From: Mobula hypostoma
Lineage: Eukaryota
DNA length: 64,000 nt
NCBI RefSeq assembly: GCF_963921235.1
Contig: NC_086118.1
Coordinates: 19,904,001-19,968,000 of the forward strand
Direction: 5' to 3'
The position numbers and the translations under genes were made by a program. The notes beneath the pieces are model-generated. The model did no database searches. It was given only the letters and a program-made list of their open reading frames with translations, and was not told the origin of the DNA. This document shows positions 60,384-64,000 of the stretch, one piece after another; position 1 is the first letter of the stretch, and every line of letters begins with the position of its first letter.

Positions 60384-60998
60384 TTGCGTACTGTTGGGGG
60401 GGACAGCTTATCCGGGGGAAGCGACAGTGGCCGTGCCTCCGGCACAGAGTCTGGCCCTGTAGCTCAGAAGGGTAGGGCAAGGAAGAGGAGGGCAGTTGTG
60501 ATAGGGGACTCGATAGTAAGGGGGTCAGATAGGCGATTCTGTGGACGCAGTCCAGAGACCCAGATGGTAGTTTGCCTCCCTGGTGCCAGGGTCCGGGATA
60601 TTTCTGATCGTGTCCAAGATATCCTGAAGTGGGAGGGTGAGGAGCCAAAGGTCGTGGTACATACTGGTACCAATGACATAGGTAGGAAAAGGAATGAGGT
60701 CCTGAAAGGAGAATATAGGGAGCTAGGAAGGGAGTTGAGAAAAAGGACCGCAAAGGTAGTAATCTCGGGATTACTGCCTGTGCCACGCGACAGTGAGAGT
60801 AGGAATGCGATGAGGTGGAGGATAAATGCGTGGCTGAGGGATTGGAGCAGGGGGCAGGGATTCAAGTTTTTGGATCATTGGGACCTCTTTTGGCGCAGGC
60901 GTGACCTGTACGAAAAGGACGGGTTACACTTGAATCCTAGGGGGACCAATATCCTGGCAGGGAGATTAGCGAGGGCTACTGAGGTGACTTTAAACTAG
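60384..60998 (+). CDS. CR1 ORF1 C-terminal SGNH esterase domain, 5'-truncated
   Basis: VIGDSIVRG, LPGARV, HTGTNDI, KDGLHLN. Confidence 0.85.
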   Translation: MRTVGGDSLSGGSDSGRASGTESGPVAQKGRARKRRAVVIGDSIVRGSDRRFCGRSPETQMVVCLPGARVRDISDRVQDILKWEGEEPKVVVHTGTNDIGRKRNEVLKGEYRELGRELRKRTAKVVISGLLPVPRDSESRNAMRWRINAWLRDWSRGQGFKFLDHWDLFWRRRDLYEKDGLHLNPRGTNILAGRLARATEVTLN

Positions 60999-61003
60999 AA
61001 TGG

Positions 61004-63953
61004 TTGGGGGGTGGGAATCAAATTAAAGAGGCTAGGCGTGAGGAGGTTAGTTCACAACAGGGGGTTGGGAACCAGTGCAGAGAGACAGAGGGGTGTAAAG
61101 TGAGGGTAGAAGCAAAAAGTAGTAAGGAGAAAAGTAAAAGTGGCAGGCCGACAAATCCAGGGCAAGCATTAAAAAGAGCCACTTTTCAACATAATTGTAT
61201 AAGGGCTAAGAGAGTTGTAAAAGAGCGCCTGAAGGCTTTGTGTGTCAATGCAAGGAGCATTCGTAATAAGGTGGATGAATTGAAAGTGCAGATTGTTATT
61301 AATGATTATGATATAGTTGGGATCACAGAGACATGGCTCCAGGGTGACCAAGGATGGGAGCTCAACGTTCAGGGATATTCAATATTCAGGAGGGATAGAC
61401 ATGAAGGAAGGGGAGGTGGGGTGGCGTTGCTGGTTAAAGAAGAAATTAACGCAATAGAAAGGAAGGACATAAGCCGGGAAGATGTGGAATCGATATGGGT
61501 AGAGCTGCGTAACACTAAGAGGCAGAAGACGCTGGTGGGAGTTCTGTACAGGCCACCTAACTGTAGTAGTGAGGTCGGAGATGGTATTAAACGGGAAATT
61601 AGAAATGTGTGCAATAAAGGAACAGCAGTTATAATGGGTGACTTCAATCTACATGTAGATTGGGTGAACCAAATTGGTAAAGGTGCTGAGGAAGAGGATT
61701 TCTTGGAATGTATGAGGGATGGTTTTTTGAACCAACATGTCGAGGAACAAACTAGAGAGCAGGCTATTCTGGACTGGGTTTTGAGCAATGAGGAAGGGTT
61801 AATTAGCAATCTTGTCGTGAGAGGCCCCTTGGGTAAGAGTGACCATAATATGGTGGAATTCTTCATTAAGATGGAGAGTGACATAGTTAATTCAGAAACA
61901 AAGGTTCTGAACTTAAAGAGGGGTAACTTTGAAGGTATGAGACGTGAATTAGCTAAGATAGACTGGCAAATGACACTTAAAGGATTGATGGTGGATATGC
62001 AATGGCAAACATTTAAAGGTTGCATGGATGAACTACAACAATTGTTCATCCCAGTTTGGCAAAAGAATAAATCAAGGAAGGTAGTGCACCCGTGGCTGAC
62101 AAGGGAAATTAGGGATAGTATCAATTCCAAAGAAGAAGCATACAAATTAGCCAGAGAAAGTGGCTCACCTGAGGACTGGGAGAAATTCAGAGTTCAGCAG
62201 AGGAGGACAAAGGGCTTAATTAGGAAGGGGAAAAAAGATTATGAGAGAAAACTGGAATGGAACATAAAAACTGACTGTAAAAGCTTTTATAGATAAGTAA
62301 AAAGGAAAAGACTGGTAAAGACAAATGTAGGTCCCCTACAGACAGAAACAGGTGAATTGATTATGGGGAGCAAGGACATGGCAGACCAATTGAATAATTA
62401 CTTTGGTTCTGTCTTCACTAAGGAGGACATAAATAATCTTCCAGAAATAGTAGGGGACAGAGGGTCCAGTGAGATGGAGGAACTGAGCGAAATACATGTT
62501 AGTGGGGAAGTGGTGTTAGGTAAATTGAAGGGATGGAAGGCAGATAAATCCCCAGGGCCATTCTGGACTAGTTCCTGAGGATTGGAGGGTGGCTAATGTA
62601 ACCCCACTTTTTAAAAAAGGAGGGAGAGAGAAATCGGGGAATTATAGACCGGTTAGCCTAATGTCGGTGGTGGAGAAACTGCTGGAGTCAGTTATCAAAG
62701 ATGTGATAACAGCACATTTGGAAAGCGGTGAAATCATCGGACAAAGTCAGCATGGATTTGTGAAAGGAAAATCATGTCTGACGAATCTCATAGAATTTTT
62801 TGAGGATGTAACTAGTAGAGTGGATAGGGGAGAACCAGTGGATGTTGTATATTTGGATTTTCAAAAGGCTTTTGACAAGGTCCCACACAGGAGATTAGTG
62901 TGCAAACTTAAAGCACACGGTATTGGGGTTAAGGTATTGATGTGGATGGAGAATTGGTTAGCAGACAGGAGGCAAAGAGTGGGAATAAACGGGACCTTTT
63001 CAGAATGGCAGGCGGTGACTAGTGGGGTACCGCAAGGCTCAGTGCTGGGACCCCAGTTGTTTACAATATATATTAATGACTTGGATGAGGGAATTAAATG
63101 CAGCATCTCCAAGTTTGCGGATGACACGAAGCTGGGTGGCAGTGTTAGCTGTGAGGAGGATGCTAAGAGGATGCAGAGTGACTTGGATAGGTTGGGTGAG
63201 TGGGCAAATTCATGGCAGATGCAATTTAATGTGGATAAATGTGAAGTTATCCACTTTGGTGGCAAAAATAGGAAAACAGATTATTATCTGAATGGTGGCC
63301 GATTAGGAAAAGGGGAGGTGCAATGAGACCTGGGTGTCATTATACACCAGTCATTGAAAGTGGGCATGCAGGTACAGCAGGCGGTGAAAAAGGCGAATGG
63401 TATGCTGGCATTTATAGCGAGAGGATTCGAGTACAGGAGCAGGGAGGTACTACTGCAGTTGTACAAGGCCTTGGTGAGACCACACCTGGAGTATTGTGTG
63501 CAGTTTTGGTCCCCTAATCTGAGGAAAGACATCCTTGCCATAGAGGGAGTACAAAGAAGGTTCACCAGATTGATTCCTGGGATAGCAGGACTTTCATATG
63601 AAGAAAGACTGGATGAACTGGGCTTGTACTTGTTGGAATTTAGAAGATTGAGGGGGGATCTGATTGAAACGTATAAAATCCTAAAGGGATTGGACAGGCT
63701 AGATGCAGGAAGATTGTTTCCGATGTTGGGAAAGTCCAGAACGAGGGGTCACAGTTTGAGGATAAAGGGGAAGCCTTTTAGGACCGAGATTAGGAAAAAC
63801 TTCTTCACACAGAGAGCGGTGAATCTGTGGAATTCTCTGCCACAGGAAACAGTTGAGGCCAGTTCATTGGCTATATTTAAGAGGGAGTTCGATATGGCCC
63901 TTGTGGCTACGGGGGTCAGGGGGTATGGAGGGAAGGCTGGGGCGGGGTTCTGA
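61004..63953 (+). pseudogene. CR1 ORF2 (APE endonuclease and reverse transcriptase), disrupted
   Basis: NARSI, GITETW, YRPP, GDFN, SDH; QHGF, GVPQGSVLGP, FADD. Confidence 0.92.
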
Positions 63954-64000
63954 GTTGGATGATCAGCCATGATCATAATAAATGGCGGTGCAGGCTTGAA

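Larger units (their letters stand above)
60362..64000 (+). mobile_element. Young near-full-length CR1 LINE, running off the window end
   Basis: ORF1 SGNH esterase (GDS, GTND, DGLH); ORF2 APE and RT broken by stops at 62294 and 63324 and a deletion near 62560. Confidence 0.95.

Noticed and set aside
61369..62145. 258-aa antisense ORF
   Set aside because: Shadow frame of CR1 ORF2; similar antisense ORFs accompany the other CR1 copies here.

Overview
Eukaryotic, repeat-dense, gene-poor window (intergenic or intronic). The repeat set (CR1 LINEs with SGNH-esterase ORF1, Rex1/Babar LINEs, V- and Deu-type tRNA SINEs, Penelope-like elements, Gypsy LTR elements) suggests a vertebrate, probably a cartilaginous fish; this is inference. 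No host gene is confidently identified; there is one candidate minus-strand exon at 51307-51491. Most notable: (1) a young Gmr1-like LTR element (13374-18312, 4 mismatches between 859-bp LTRs, GCAT TSD) with intact Gag and protease but a pol reduced to in-frame snippets of IN, RT and RNase H; (2) a candidate HDV-like ribozyme with an unusual L3 hairpin insertion that starts exactly at the 5' end of an RTE-type non-autonomous element (27026-27196, minus); (3) many minimal hammerhead ribozymes in Penelope-derived repeats, two with complete cores. All family calls come from motif recognition by eye; no database searches were run, and boundaries of old repeats are approximate.
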